Origin: Callorhinchus milii
Taxonomy: Eukaryota
Direction: 5' to 3'
Length of the DNA stretch: 64,000 nt
Assembly (NCBI RefSeq): GCF_018977255.1
Contig: NW_024704743.1
Span: 37,698,001-37,762,000 of the forward strand
Position 1 is the stretch's first letter. Each line of letters begins with the position of its first letter. Position numbers and translations under genes: made by a program. The notes below the pieces were generated by a model, which was given only the letters and a program-made list of their open reading frames with translations, did not search any database and was not told the origin of the DNA. Shown piece after piece: positions 50,821 through 64,000 of the stretch.

Positions 50821-52199
50821 AACATTGTTAACCCATAGGCTATTAACCCAACTCACATGTTAGACCCAACTGGGTATGGATTGCTGTTTGCTCAATCCTT
50901 GACCATGCAGTATTCCTACAGATGATGCAGATTAGCCGTTATGGTCCTCATGGTGCTAATGTACACAATACACTTTCCACTCTGCTCGCGCCTGAACTGA
51001 TTGAAGGCTAGGTTTGATTTCCTTTTTAAATAAAACTGGTTGCTGTTTTTTTTAATCAAACAAAAAGCCTTTATTAAAACAGTAATTAAACTTGGAGCCA
51101 TGTTGAAATGCTGCTGATGTCTGAGTCTCAAATAAAACCAATTTGAAATATTAATGGGCTTAGTTTGTTTCTCTGAATTTCCCGAGAAGGTTGTGCTTTT
51201 TAATGAGTACTGGAGGGTCAGATGGTGCATAGGTTTAAACAGCAGCTAATAGCAGGAAGAAGGAAACCACATGGGGGTTTGAACAGTGTGCTGTAGCTTG
51301 CCCCATGCAGCTCAGCGGATGACTAGACTGTGAACAAAAAGGAGGAAAGGGCTCCCTGGTCTATTCAAACCCAGCCAAAACGTAGCAGCGCAGCACAGCA
51401 TTCAGAGGAATTTGGCTCATCCGGATAATTTATTGCAGCTATTGTGAATGAGCCAATCATCCCTTGGTAACCTGTTAATTTGAAAGCATTTAAGGTTTAT
51501 TTTTGTTCTGATTGGGAAGTAATAGTGTGGGCGGAAATCATGCATATGAGTGTCTGAGTGCAGAGAGTGACCTTTATCTTGGCATATTGAATAAATTATG
51601 ATATCAATATTTTATGATGGTGTTCTGTCTGATTGCAGTTTATTACAACAGACGCAGAATTCAGTTTTCCAAACCCTAACTGAGATCTGATGGCAGCAGA
51701 CTGGTTGAAATGACAGGGAAGAATATTTATATTCAGTAACTTTGGCTCAGGAACTGGACTAGAGGCCACCACAGAGGATTGACTCAATTCTGACATTCTG
51801 TACCCAAGCATGTCACTTGTGGTTCAACTATTCCTTTTCCTCCTCCAATGGCTTTGAAAGCCATGTTCTCCATCAGAAAAATACTATTCACACTGCGTAC
51901 CTCTAAATTATAACTCTTTCCCTTGGTTCGTACTCAGATATTTTTGTGTGTAGTATTTGTTTTACCAAATTTAAACAGGAAAGACGAATACACTAGGATT
52001 TGAACCGAATACCGTTTTAGTTCCTCTAGTCCAGTGTTCAGCCAACTTTGTCGAACTTGGATGTATTTATTTGCTTCATCTATAAATAAGTAAACAACTG
52101 GTATTTCATTATACATTTCTTTGAAATTAAATCTTTTTCATCGCTTCCACATTTGATCTCAATTTTCTTGGTAAAGATACAACATAATAATAATATATA

Positions 52200-52505
52200 A
52201 ATAATAATCCTTGCATTTGATATAGCACTTTTCACGTCTTTTCAACATCTCAAAGCGCTTCACAGAATAGACTGTAAAGTAAATTGACCGTATATTTGTG
52301 GGCAAAACGCAGCAGCTGATTGCGCACAGCAGTGTCTCACAAACAGTCGTGGATTGAAAATGACCAATTTATTATTGTTTTTTGTTTTGGAGGGATTATT
52401 ATTAGGAAGGAAGGAAACTTGCCCAAGGTTTCGCCCTGTCGGGAATTGAACCAGGTGTCTCACTTGCAAGGCGAGTGCTCTAACCACTGAGCTACGGGAC
52501 TCCAC
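52200..52505 (-). mobile_element. Full-length tRNA-SINE, short form
   Basis: Reverse-complement match to 28726-29060. Confidence 0.9.
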
Positions 52506-54909
52506 AAACATGCATTCATTAGCAGCCTTCACATCAGATACAATCTCAGAGGATTTAATAAGGGCAGGCGGACAATGAGCGAGGGAGGAGGGAGGGGGGG
52601 AAGTGGGGAGGTGATGGTAAGTGTGGTTGAAGAGGTAATTTATTTAGGCGGGATTTAAAGACACATATAGAAAGGGGGCGACATGAAGGGGTAGAGGGAG
52701 GGAGCTACAGAAGTTAGGGGCACAGTAACAGATATCTAATATCTGATGAGTATTCCATTTTATATGAAGGGAGTAAAGGTTCACATTACTTTCATTTTTG
52801 GAGTGTTCTGATGCAGTGCTCTGTTATTATTCGACTTCCAGATATGTAATACATAAATAACCGCAAAGCAAGCAGTGCGCTGGATGTCAGTTAACTTGTC
52901 ATCTAATTGCACAGTGTGAAATTTGAAATAGGCTAAAATTATGAGTGTCTCGTGTAATGAAACCAGAGTTGATATTAAAGTAACTAAGTAACTAAGACAG
53001 ATTAGCTACTGGATCACAAGAACGGATAATTCATTGTCCCTATACAATTCACAGCTAGGCAAAGAGTGATAGTTTTAAGGAATTATGAATGTCAGGAGGA
53101 ATTTCACCCCTTTATTCATACGTATTCATTACAGATACAACAACATCAACAGACAACTAGATAAGTGTAACATTCTAGGAACACAGGATCACCATTCTTC
53201 CCTTTGAGTTTGTAAATAAATGGATTATATCATTTCCTTGAATCAACATGGTTATACTCTAAAGCCTAGGATCCAGACCTAAGATTGAACAAGGCTTCTA
53301 TCAAGAAGATACAGTCAGAAGGAGAGAGAGAGAGAGATTATCATAAATTTATAATTCATAACATTCTTGTTCTCACTCACACAATCTTGCATGACAACCA
53401 AGGCCCCTCTATAGACAGGTTGTAAGAAAATAAGAGTAGAGTATAAGCAAAGTTTACTCCACAAGCAAGCCCAATTGATCTTCAGAAACATTACCGGCGG
53501 CCTTTCATTCAATTGTGAATCTTTCATTCATTACATTTTCGATCACCACATTCTCGTTGTCTCTTTAAGGACACCACATTCAGGAACAGCCAAACTCCCC
53601 TGAAATTCTAGAAAGAGGCGAGTTCATTGAAGTGCCTCCAATTGATTCCGCGAGCACGTATTGTTTACTAAAGCTCGAGAGATTTCCTCCAAAGTATTGC
53701 TGATATTAATATTCTGATATTGTCATGCTTCATCAATATTAGTTAAACCAGCCATTTCTAAGCCATTATATCACATGTCTCTGTTGACATCTATTTTACC
53801 TGCAGGCCACTTTTTTGAGAAAATTCCTCAATCTGTTTTCTTCCCAAGAGATAGACTGATGTAATTTCAAAGAACTGTAATGGTTTCACATCTGATAAAG
53901 GATGGCTTAGGGTCATAATGTCATCTAATGTTGCACATCAATTTTGTTGTTACGTGTTTTGATAACCAACTAATTTTTGCTCTTAGATCCAACATTTTAC
54001 TAGAACTGACTCTTTCAAATGTTATAATACAATACAAATTGACATATACAGTATATAGCGCCTTTCACGTCGGGAGGACGTCTCAAGGCACCTAATGTTG
54101 CAATTTATTCACAACCAGCCACTAAGTTACATGTGAGCTGCCTTTTACTACTAATCAGCAATTTTATACGCCATGTTACAAATAAAACACACAGCTACAC
54201 AACCACCATATTTGCGCTGTTCTGCAAAAACTACTTTGATATTTTTATATTGTGGAAATTCTGCTCAGTCTGCGACCTAGCTCGATTTTTCTGCATTGCA
54301 ATAATGACTTTAAATAAGTCAAGCCCAGGGGCGATATGGTTTGCTGCAGTGGATAATTCGTAAAAAGTCACTGAGAAATGAAATTCATTCAAAAGGGAAA
54401 TTAATAGCCTCTTTTACACACAAAATGAAAGTCATCGTTGATTGTGGACATGATAAAGGAGACTCAGAATGAGTTTGCCCAGCCCTCTATCTACACAGTA
54501 TATCAGATTATATAGTGGGCTTTTTACTTTAACAACAATCTTATGAGCTCTGTGAGGCAGGAATGCTAAATGTTACACACGCACAATGCTACCCAGCTCA
54601 TGCTGTGTGAAGGCAATATATTTTTACTACATACTTCAGTCTTATTTGCAAGGCCTCATCTTGTATACAGAAATAGTGGCTCAGATCCATGTGGAATTCT
54701 TTAAATTTGTTGCATTTCCAGATAAACACTTCTGAAGCTGCCCAGATGTAATGGCAGGATTTGGGTCACCATATCCTTGCTGTCAAGATCAGTGTAATGT
54801 TAGTGATGTACATTTCAAATTGGATTTTTAATGGCTGGAACAGTGAATCTTACATCCATTATTGTACAGAGCTATCTGTCTAAATCGACCATCCATATAT
54901 AAGACCATA

Positions 54910-55850
54910 CTACCATAAGACATAGGAGCAGGAGTAGGCCTTTCGGCCCCTTGAGCCTGCCCCGCCATTTAATAAGATCATGGCTGATCTTCTAACCTAA
55001 TTCCATTTACCTGCCCTATCCCTATGTCCCTTAATCCCTCTATCCTTTAGAAATCTATCAACCTCAGTCTTGAATATGTTCAAGGACTGAGCATTCACAG
55101 GCTTCTGGGATAGCGAATTCCTCAAATTCACTACCATCTAAGTGAAGAAATGTTTCCTCAACTCAGTTTGAAAAGGCTGACCCTTAATCTTGAGACTATG
55201 ACCCATAGTTTTAGATTTTCCAACCAGGGGAAATAGTCTCACTGCATCTACCCTGTCAAGACCCTTAATAATCTTATATCTTTCTATAAGATCACCACTA
55301 ATTCTTCTATATTCTAGAGAATATAGGCCTAGTTTACTCAACCTATCCTCATAGGTCAATCCCCTCATTCCAGGACCCAACCTAAGGGATGAGGGGGTTG
55401 ACCTATTAGGATAGGTTGCACTCCCTCTAAGGCGAGTATGTCCTTTCTTAAATAAGGAGACCAAAACTACACACAATGTTCTAGGTGCGGTCTGACTAAG
55501 GCCTTTTACAACTGCAGCAAGACTTCCATATTCTTGTACTCTAACCCTTTTGCAACGAACACCAACATGGCATTAGCCTTCCAAGTTGCTTGCTGTACCT
55601 GCATACTAACATTTTGTGACTGGTGTACAAGGAAACCCAAATCCCTCTGAACACTAACATTATCTAGTTTCTCCCCTTCTAGAAAATAATCCGCTTTTCT
55701 ATTTTTACTACCTAGGTGAATAACTTCACACTTCCTCACGTTTTACTCCATCTGCCACCTTCTTGCCCATTCACCTAGCCTGTCTATTTCCCTTTGCATT
55801 CTTTGTGTGTCATCCTTACAGCTTACTCTCCCACCTATCTTCATATCATC
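54910..55850 (-). mobile_element. 5'-truncated CR1 LINE (RT C-terminus and 3' UTR)
   Basis: KCEVIHLGSKN, QRDLG, KANAML, PGMRGLTYEDRLSKLGLYSLE...GDLIE.YKI, GHSLKIKG and FFT motifs; 3' hairpin gagggccgaaaggcctactcctgctcc-type end. Confidence 0.93.
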
Positions 55851-56219
55851 CAGAATACAGAAAGATTGATGCTGAGAGTTCAATGTTTGGGCTCACGATT
55901 TGTTAGGTGCTACAGCGCATGTCAGGGAAATGTTGGCAACAGGCATCCTTCTTGCAGTAGATCGCTGAAGAGCCAATATTTTCAAAGTAATCCAAACACC
56001 AGCAGTGCTGTGAACAAATGCACTCTGTCATCATTTGGCAATTCTCACTGTAGACAAATGCTCTGTTTCCTGCTGTCTAGGTTTTGGACAGGCATTTCCC
56101 TGCAAAATACAGTCACTACACTTTAATTAATCCTTTGAAGTGCTTTAAGTCACACTTCCGAGGTGATATCGCAATATCAAATGTAAGATTTTTTTAATAT
56201 ACAGATTACATTGTTACAC

Positions 56220-57000
56220 TAGTAACAATAACAACTCGCACTTACACAGGGCCTGAGAGCACTTAACAGTGGTGGAGCCTGACTCCAAGCCGGGGGGGGA
56301 GGTGGGAGGTGAACGTAAGCACGGTCAAAGAGGAAAGTTTTCAGGCGGGAATTGAAAGAGGGTAGAGGGGGGCAAGGTGGAGGGATTGAGGGGGAGTGTT
56401 GCAGAGTTTTGGGGGGTAGTAGCTGAAAACGCGACCTCCAATGGTGGGACAGAGGGTGCAAGGGACGAGCAGGAGGCTGGTGCCAGTCGAGCGGAGGCGC
56501 CGGGTGGTGGATTGGGGAGTGAGGAGGTCGGAGAGGGAAGGAGGTGCCAGGGAGTCAATGGATTTGAACACGAGTGTGAGGATCTTGAAGTCGATCCGTT
56601 TGGTGATGGGGAGCCAGTGGAGCCTGGGCCAGAACGGGTGAGATGTGGGTACGGAGTTTGGTCCGGGTCAGTAAGCGGGCGGCAGAGTTCTGAATGAGCT
56701 GGATCTTGTGAATAATGGGACTGGGAAGACTGGCGAGGAGTGCGTTGGAGTAATCCAAGTGTGAGGTGACAAATGCTTACACAAGGGTTTTGGCTGCATT
56801 TGGGGTAAAGTGCAGTCAGGGGCGGGCAATGTGGTGGAGGTGGAAGAAGAAGGTCCTGGTCAGGGACCAGATGTGGGGGAGGAAGGACAGCTGGGGGTCA
56901 AACCAGTTGCATATTGGTTCGGTGAGTCTGAGGGAGAGCCCAGGGAGGTTGAGGAGCTTAGATCTGCAGGAGTGAAGACATTGACGGGAGCCAAGGAGTA
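56220..57000 (-). mobile_element. L2 ORF2 and 3' fragment
   Basis: LDYSNALLASLP...IQLIQNSAARLLTRTKLRTHISPVL and LAPPSLSDLL motifs. Confidence 0.9.
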
Positions 57001-57162
57001 TTCAGCTGCAGGCAGTTTACATTCATCCAGACAGATATCAAGTAGCCAGCATGGTATAGCCAGCAGTGTGCAGTGCTTTGAGCTATCCTCCCGACGTGAA
57101 AGGCGCTTTATAAATGTAAATTGTAGTACAATAGCTTATTGCTGAACACTCTCAGCATATTC

Positions 57163-57505
57163 ATAATAATAATCCTTGAATTTGATATAGCTCGTAATCA
57201 TGTCTTCGAGATATCTCAAAGAGCTTCACAGAATATACTGTAGAGTGAATTGACTGTTAATTGCCCACAGCCGTGTCCAGTTCAAACAGATGTGGATTGA
57301 AGTGACCAAATTATTTTTTTAAGGAATTATTACCCCCGGAAAAGCAATCCGTCAATCGACTAACAACCGAGCTCCTACTTACTGCTAGGTAAACAGAGAC
57401 GTGTGGAGTAAGGAGGCTTGCCCAACATTTCGCCCTGCCGGGAATCAAAGCCAGGTCTCTCGCTTGCGAGAAGAGTGCTCTAGCCACTGAGCTACAGGAC
57501 TCCAC
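57163..57505 (-). mobile_element. tRNA-SINE, long form
   Basis: Head, internal block and tail all present. Confidence 0.9.
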
Positions 57506-57984
57506 ATGGGTTAAAGCTGTATCTTTGGCACCACAATGTGATTTAAGTGTCAAACAAAACATACCAGCGAGACCTTCAAGCTCTTTGCTAGGCTTGATTG
57601 CCAGTCATGTTGAAATACAATGCACAATCGGTTCATCTGTTTTGCTTTGAACAATCAAAATATGTGAGCACAATCTGATGACAACAAGACTCTACCATCA
57701 AGTAGCAGAGGTAGCAGAATCAACCTCCTCCCTACTGCCGCAGCACTAACAACAACAGCAGCAGCAACAACAAATTGCATTTATTTAGCGCCTTGCACTT
57801 TGGGAGAAAGTCCCATGTTACACTAATGAAGATGTTGATAGCAATTCATTCTGTTTGGATTATTCTACCAAAACAGTGAAAGCCCAGATTTTATACCGAT
57901 GTAATAGTACTTCCTTACATTTGTATTCTATTACTCAGGCCATAAAGCAAAAAACTATTTGTAATCTTTATGACCTTGTCCACC

Positions 57985-58390
57985 TGTGTTACATTGATAT
58001 AACACCTAGAACTTCAGAAGGCTTCACAGGCAATTATTGTCAAGTGTAGTGATTGTGTATTTGCAGACAACTGCAGCAGCCGATTTGCACATAGCAACAT
58101 TCCACAAACAAACAGCTATAAGATGCATGATCAATTTATCTGGAGGACTGTTTGCCAGAATGCCAGAAGAAACTTCCTTCTCTTTTCAAATAGTGTCATG
58201 AAATTTTAACATCCATTTGACGAGACAGACAGACCCATTTTAATATCTCATCTAAAGTACAATCCATCTGACAATGAAACACTGCATTGTTGCGTTAGCT
58301 TAGACTCTGAGGAAGAAATCCCAATGTGGGATTTCAAACCACAACCTCTAACTAAGAGGAATGAGTGCTGCCAACTGAGCTTGGTTGGCA
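57985..58390 (-). mobile_element. Old Deu-domain SINE
   Basis: Reverse-complement similarity to 35826-36220 (ttcaaatagtgtcatga...ttaacatcca...tctcatc). Confidence 0.7.
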
Positions 58391-59248
58391 CTTTGATTGT
58401 TGCAGAGCACACCATTATCCTCCAAGGGTAATAATGGATGTGTGGGAGCGTATATGTTTACATGTGTGTAGATGTTTGCATGTCTGTATTTGGACTTGTG
58501 CGTATGGTTTATGAGTGCCCATTCCATTGTCTTGCGTGTTTGTGTGCGCGGACATTCACAACAAGCTTGCATTGATATACATTACATTAAAAAATCAACC
58601 ACTGTACTAACCAGGAAATCCATAAATTCAGATAATAGATCATTGCGAAAAATCTATTAAAGTATTTCCTTTGCCTTATTAAAAAGAGGGCAAGAATCCC
58701 CAGACTGGTTTTGTTGGAAATAAGATGCATGGTAATGAAGGAATCAAATTACCAATACAGTATTAAGCTGGATGAAGACTTATGTCTCACTGAATGCTTC
58801 TGACATTCTCATAAATATTGTATTATCTTTCACTCACAGGACAATTGGTCCAGTCGCTGAGGGCAGACACAGGGCCGGCCTCTATACCGTATGTATTGCA
58901 GTACATCTAATTGACAATTAAAAGAAAGAAATGTAAAGGATTGGAACTGAGTTTTGAAAAGTGTCACTTATTTGTTTTTATACAGACGATAGGATTATGC
59001 ATTGTTTTCAGTAAATGATGCTTTCTGTCACTTGCTGCTCTTGTGCCTCATTTTGGCACTTGCTGTGAGGAATAGCAGCAAGTAGTCATGCTGCAATAAA
59101 TAGCGGTGATAGGGATGAGTGAATGTGAAAATCATCATATGGAAAATAGGAACAGGAGATCATTCAGCTCGTTCAGTCTGTTCCACTAGTTTAATATGTC
59201 ACTGCAGATCTTTTAATTCCATTTCCCTGCCTTTTCTCTATATCACTT

Positions 59249-59460
59249 AATAATAATAATAATAATCCTTGCATTTGATATAGCGCTTTTCATGTCTTCT
59301 AGACATCTCAAAGCGCTTCACAGAATATGCTGTAAAGTGAATTGAATGTATATTTGTGGGTGAAACGTGGCAGCCAATTGCGTACAGCAGTGTCCCACAA
59401 ACAGTCGTGGATTAAAAATGATCAATTTATTATTGTTTTTTGTTATTGGGATTATTATTC
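59249..59460 (-). mobile_element. tRNA-SINE 3' half
   Basis: (AAT)n tail followed by the body. Confidence 0.88.
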
Positions 59461-59647
59461 AAATACCCTTGCTTATGTTATAATTGTGGCTCCAACAAAG
59501 AGTAAAAAAACCAACTCTGAGTATTCCAGTGCAGCTTTGAAAGTCCACGCAGATTCATATATTTCACAAAGAACTGTTAACTTACTCCAGAGTTTTGAAA
59601 TAAAGCGATGTGACAATTTAAACACTTGTAAGAAAGTGAATGTTCCT

Positions 59648-59977
59648 GTAATAATAATAATAATAATAATCCTTGCATTTGATATAGCGCTTTTCACGTC
59701 GGGAGGACGTCCCAAAGCGCTTCACAGAACATACTGCAAAGTGAATTGACTGTATATTTGTGGGCGAACGCGGCAGCCAATTGCGCACAGCAATGTCCCA
59801 CAAACAGTCGTAGATTGAAAATGACCAATTTATTATTGTTTTTTGTTTTTGGAGGGATTATTATTAGGCATGTGGAGTAAGGAAACTTGCCCAAGGTTTC
59901 GCCCTGACCTGCCTGGAATTGAACTCAGGTCTCTCACTTGCAAAGCGAGTGCTCTAACCACTGAGCTACAGGACTCC
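59648..59977 (-). mobile_element. Full-length young tRNA-SINE, short form
   Basis: Near-identical reverse complement of 28726-29060, including the gggacgtcctcccgacgt tail. Confidence 0.93.
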
Positions 59978-60569
59978 AAATTCACTCTATGGGGTGAAAA
60001 GTGTGAGCGGAAACTGTGTTAATGAACTAATTGTTGACAATTCTGCCTCGTTGATAACTGAACATATTGACTAGTTACACAGGTGTAGATTTGCTGGGCT
60101 GCAGATCGCAGTATTGGATTGTTGGTTAGCAGGATAGCAGCATTACTCCGACTTATTTTGGTTGTGTTAAACCAATATCTTGTTAACCGGGTTGGTGAGA
60201 GCGATTTCTGCTCCAACTATCATGGCTCAATCAATGTGGGAGAAGGTGGGGCAGGGGGAACGAACACCTTTGGACAAGTCAATGGTTTTGGTTATGGACA
60301 GGGAGGCATTTCCAATAACGTGTGAATTGATGTCACATATTGCAGTTTTAACCCCACCATGTAAAATACAGCGGCCCCTTTGTACATGCTGTGTCATGAA
60401 TGCAATCTAATGGCACCGTTGCAGAAGGAGCTATGGCTGAGGGTGATTCATGCACTATTCTTTAATTTACAATTGAGAATTGTTTTTTTTTGGTTAGCTG
60501 GGTGTGTGACACATGCAACAACCCAGCACTGTGCTAAAGAGCAACCAAACCAAACACATCCACCTATAC

Positions 60570-61050
60570 ATGGAAATTCGAGTATACGGGAATGGAATAC
60601 ACAATCTCTACCTGTGGAGGAACACGTCCTGCTTACCTTATTTCTGGAGAATATTTGGCCCAGGCTGACAAGAGCCAAGGCTTGGGACTCTCAGAATGCG
60701 CCTTGGCGGTACTGCTGGAGTTTAATCAGCTAAAACCACATAGCACTGTGTGGCAAGTTTGACCACTGTTTGACCCACAAGGACCACCCTGCAGGGTCCA
60801 CAGTAGCTGAGTGGGAATAATTATAATAATTATAACGCTGGTCAGTCTGTCATTAGCAGGAGCGTACTGCGGCCCCTCGGCTCAGGAACTGGACTACCGA
60901 AACTGCCACAGAGGGCTGACTCGATTCTGACATTCTGTAACCTTGAAACCAGCTCAGTTCCACGGAAACCCCACTTACCAACCCCCGCCCCCCCCCCCCC
61001 CCCCCCCCCGCCCTTTCACCAGGGGGAATCTGTGAGCCCCACTGACAGAG
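60570..61050 (-). repeat. Family X copy with a poly-C run
   Basis: caagagccaaggcttggg and ggctcaggaactggactaccga...gattctgacattctg are reverse complements of family X blocks. Confidence 0.75.
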
Positions 61051-62199
61051 CCCATGCCCAAAAGCTCAGTCATGACTTTTAACATTTTCATTCTGTGCAC
61101 ATTTAGGAGTATTTGCAATATTTGAACCCGCTATTTGTCTTGATTAAATATGGATGCTCAAGGATCCTTGGAAAAGAACAATTTACTGAGGCTCAGCAAT
61201 ACTTTTATTATTATTTGATTCAGTTCTTCAGTCCTCTCAGCTCATGAATATTAAAATACCACAAGCTTCCGCAGCCTTCAATTGTTATTCAGTGAGTGTT
61301 GCAAAAAGGTTTTTGTATCTTTGCAATATTCAGCTTGAAAATTCAAACTAGTGGCTTGGTTTTATGTCCTAAACTATATAACGACTTTGAAAACTCCTAG
61401 AGAAATTCAACACTCAAAGGATTAAAGGAGTTTTAAGTGACAAGACTTTTGATCGCATGCCTTCGGTTTGTTTTGACTTCATTTATACCGCGTTGTGAAC
61501 TTGCCCTCTGAGGCAAGCCATATTCTGGAGCCAACTCATATTATAAATCAGCCAGATTTCCCATTGCCCAGTTGTAGAAATTCTTAGTCGAACTTGGATC
61601 TCCAATGTCTCCAAGGAGGAGATTCAACTCTTTCATAAGAAGTGGTTGGACCTTGTGGCTTTGGACCTCTTCAAGTCTTAACATCACCTTGTAAGCATTG
61701 TGATGCTATCTGGCTTTCTTTCTTGCATTTGCAAAAAGCATTAGAAATGTAATTTCATGCTAACTGCCATCCAACTGAAGGGATCAGAATTGTGAAAAGG
61801 TCGAAGCAAGCTTGCCTGATATTCAGGTGTGTCTCCAAACATTTATCTGGGAAGCAGAGATCTGAAACTAAATTTCGAATGACTTTTCCGGCACATGCAA
61901 GGGTCTGACATTGTTGCGTTACTTCCATGATGTCAAGATCTTGATCAGGGCATGAAATTGAAATCACACTAGGTTATTAGACTGCTCCTCCCACTCTACC
62001 CCAGATGAAGACAATGACCCTTTATTTACTTTCACTTTTACCTTGTAATTCTATAGTGCCAAGACCTTAACATATGGTATGATAGAGAGATAGAGATGAT
62101 AATTTCAGCTCTACAGAGCCACAATGTAAAAGTTGCAGTAAATACAGGGTCATTGCCTTTATCTCGTGTGGAGTAGGAGGGGCAGTCTACTAATCTGGT

Positions 62200-62865
62200 G
62201 TCATTTTCAATTTCATGCCCCGACCATTCTGCTTTAATCCATCTCTTCAGTATTGCCTGGCTCCACCACTACATCACCCTCAAAACCCTCATCCACTTTC
62301 TTGTCACCTCTAGACTTGTTTCTTCCAGTGTGCTACTAGCCAACATACCCAGCTTTACTCTCTACAAACTCCAGGTCACTAGAACTCTGCATATTGCTGT
62401 CCCTCCCAACTCCACCTCACTAAGATCCTTAAATCCAGCACCCTCATCCAGCCTGGCTCCACTGACACCAGGGACCCCCAGCAGATCAACTTTAAGATCC
62501 TCTTTCTTACCTTCAAATACCTCCATTGGTTTTGCCCTACCCTATCTTTACTGTCTCCTGTAATTCTCCTCTCCCGCTTACTCCCTCTCCTCCATCAACT
62601 CTTAGCTGTTTCGTGTCCTCTACCTGCTCCACCTCACCAGTGGGTGAGCTTTCAGTCACTTTGTCCCAGCTGTCTGGAGTTCTCTTACAGAATTTTGCTG
62701 TCTCACTCTTACATATTCCTTTTCTGCTTTTAAAATTAATCTACAATCTGTCTCCTTGACTGCTCCTTTGGCCCCTATTTCCCTCAGTTTTACCCCAACT
62801 ACATGTCTGCAAAAACATTCTCCTTTGTGAAAGGCACTATATAAGCGCCAATTCTTGTTGTTCTT
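62200..62865 (+). mobile_element. Old L2 3' fragment
   Basis: LKTLIHFLVTSRL remnant; degenerate stem-loop and ttgttg tail. Confidence 0.75.
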
Positions 62866-63839
62866 GATTTCCATTCTAATAATCTTGTTATTGATTTCCA
62901 TTCCATTACATTTGTGATGACGTTTCAATGAAATAAGGCACTATGAAAAAAAGTCTTTCTATAGAATGAATGGTGGATCCCCTTATACTTATTTTCTATT
63001 CATTTGATTTACAAATGAGAGACAGCGTCGACTAACTAAGCCAGTGGCTGCTTATTCAATATCCTTGTACAAAGAAGTAGTATATTTTTACAAAAGCCAA
63101 CATCAGTTCACAAAAGAACTCATTCTGTATTGACATTTATTTGTTATGACTATTGACTTTGGGATCTCTCTTACTCTTCTCATGTGACATCCACTTACAT
63201 TGGCCGTACTCTTATCCACATGTTGTCTTTTGTATATTACTCAGATGGATACTATGTGTCCACTCGCAAATAACTTATCCTCATATTTGTGCATCACTTC
63301 TTTAAATGAATTATATCTTACACTAAATACAGGATGATTCGGTTTGTGTGGCAATGGCTAGCTTTTTGTGAATAAGATGCGCAACAGCAGCCCAAGGTCT
63401 AAAAGGCCATGAGTGTCAGTATAAACCACCCAGTTATAGCCAGGAGCAACTTAACAATAGGGACTTAGTGTGGAGCAGTTTCATACCATTTTTAAAATCT
63501 ACACCGCTTGACTAAGGACACAGAACTGACAATAGATATCAAGCAGTTCATGTCACTTCACCTAGTCTTGAAACAAAAGCAGCAAGGAGGAAAACATAGG
63601 ATAGCGAAGAATCAAGAAAAAACAGTAAATATATACTGCAGTAACTGAGGACTAGGACCACAACAGGAGAATTCTCTGCCATGTTTAAATGTAAGGCAGA
63701 GATGGCTTAGAGGTACGAGCAATGTTCAACTAGAAGAAGTTTTGCCTTACCTTTTTAGAGAGGATAACAATCAATCTCTCACCTTCTCTTTCTTTCATTT
63801 CTATTGTTGTATCAGTCATTGGCAGACAGTGTGCCAACA

Positions 63840-63982
63840 AAATCCGCGACTGTTTTTGGGGCACTGCTGTACAAAATTTGCTGCTGCATTTTCCCACAAA
63901 AATATACAATATATTCAGTGAAATGAGTTGAGACATCTCAACAATGTGATAAGGCGCTATATCAAATGCAAGGATTATTATT
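63840..63982 (+). mobile_element. SINE 3' fragment
   Basis: aggcgctatatcaaatgcaaggattattatt tail. Confidence 0.85.
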
Positions 63983-64000
63983 TTTAAAAACAGCCAAAGG

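Noticed and set aside
61755..61967. Minus-strand ORF as an exon of a neighbouring gene
   Set aside because: Peptide not recognised, neighbouring frames contain stops, and there are no convincing splice sites.

Overview
Eukaryotic, AT-rich, repeat-dense vertebrate DNA. The repeat content (Deu-domain SINEs, L2, CR1 and Penelope-type ends) suggests a cartilaginous fish; this is inference, not a database result. The only host gene I can support is the 3' part of MRPL3 (mitochondrial ribosomal protein uL3m) on the + strand: four GT-AG coding exons at 11793-11904, 12792-12869, 17291-17368 and 31865-32014, followed by a 3' UTR with AATAAA signals. The earlier exons were not recognised and probably lie upstream of the window. 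The remainder is intron and intergenic DNA with many mobile-element remnants: a young L2 LINE family with a stem-loop plus (TTG)n tail, a tRNA-Ala-like SINE family sharing that stem-loop, older Deu-domain SINEs, CR1 fragments, small MITEs, and an unclassified ~600 bp repeat with RTE-like motifs. No rRNA, intact tRNA, CRISPR or prokaryotic system is present. The most interesting observations are: (1) a palindromic, TSD-flanked Penelope-type insertion carrying minimal hammerhead-ribozyme cores on both strands; (2) young L2 insertions whose TSDs overlap the tail repeat, one of them inside an AT-rich palindrome; (3) SINE subfamilies whose tails track the young L2; (4) a ~270 bp composite inverted duplication downstream of MRPL3; (5) the unclassified RTE-like family. 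Repeat boundaries were read by eye and are approximate, and family names rest on remembered consensus features.
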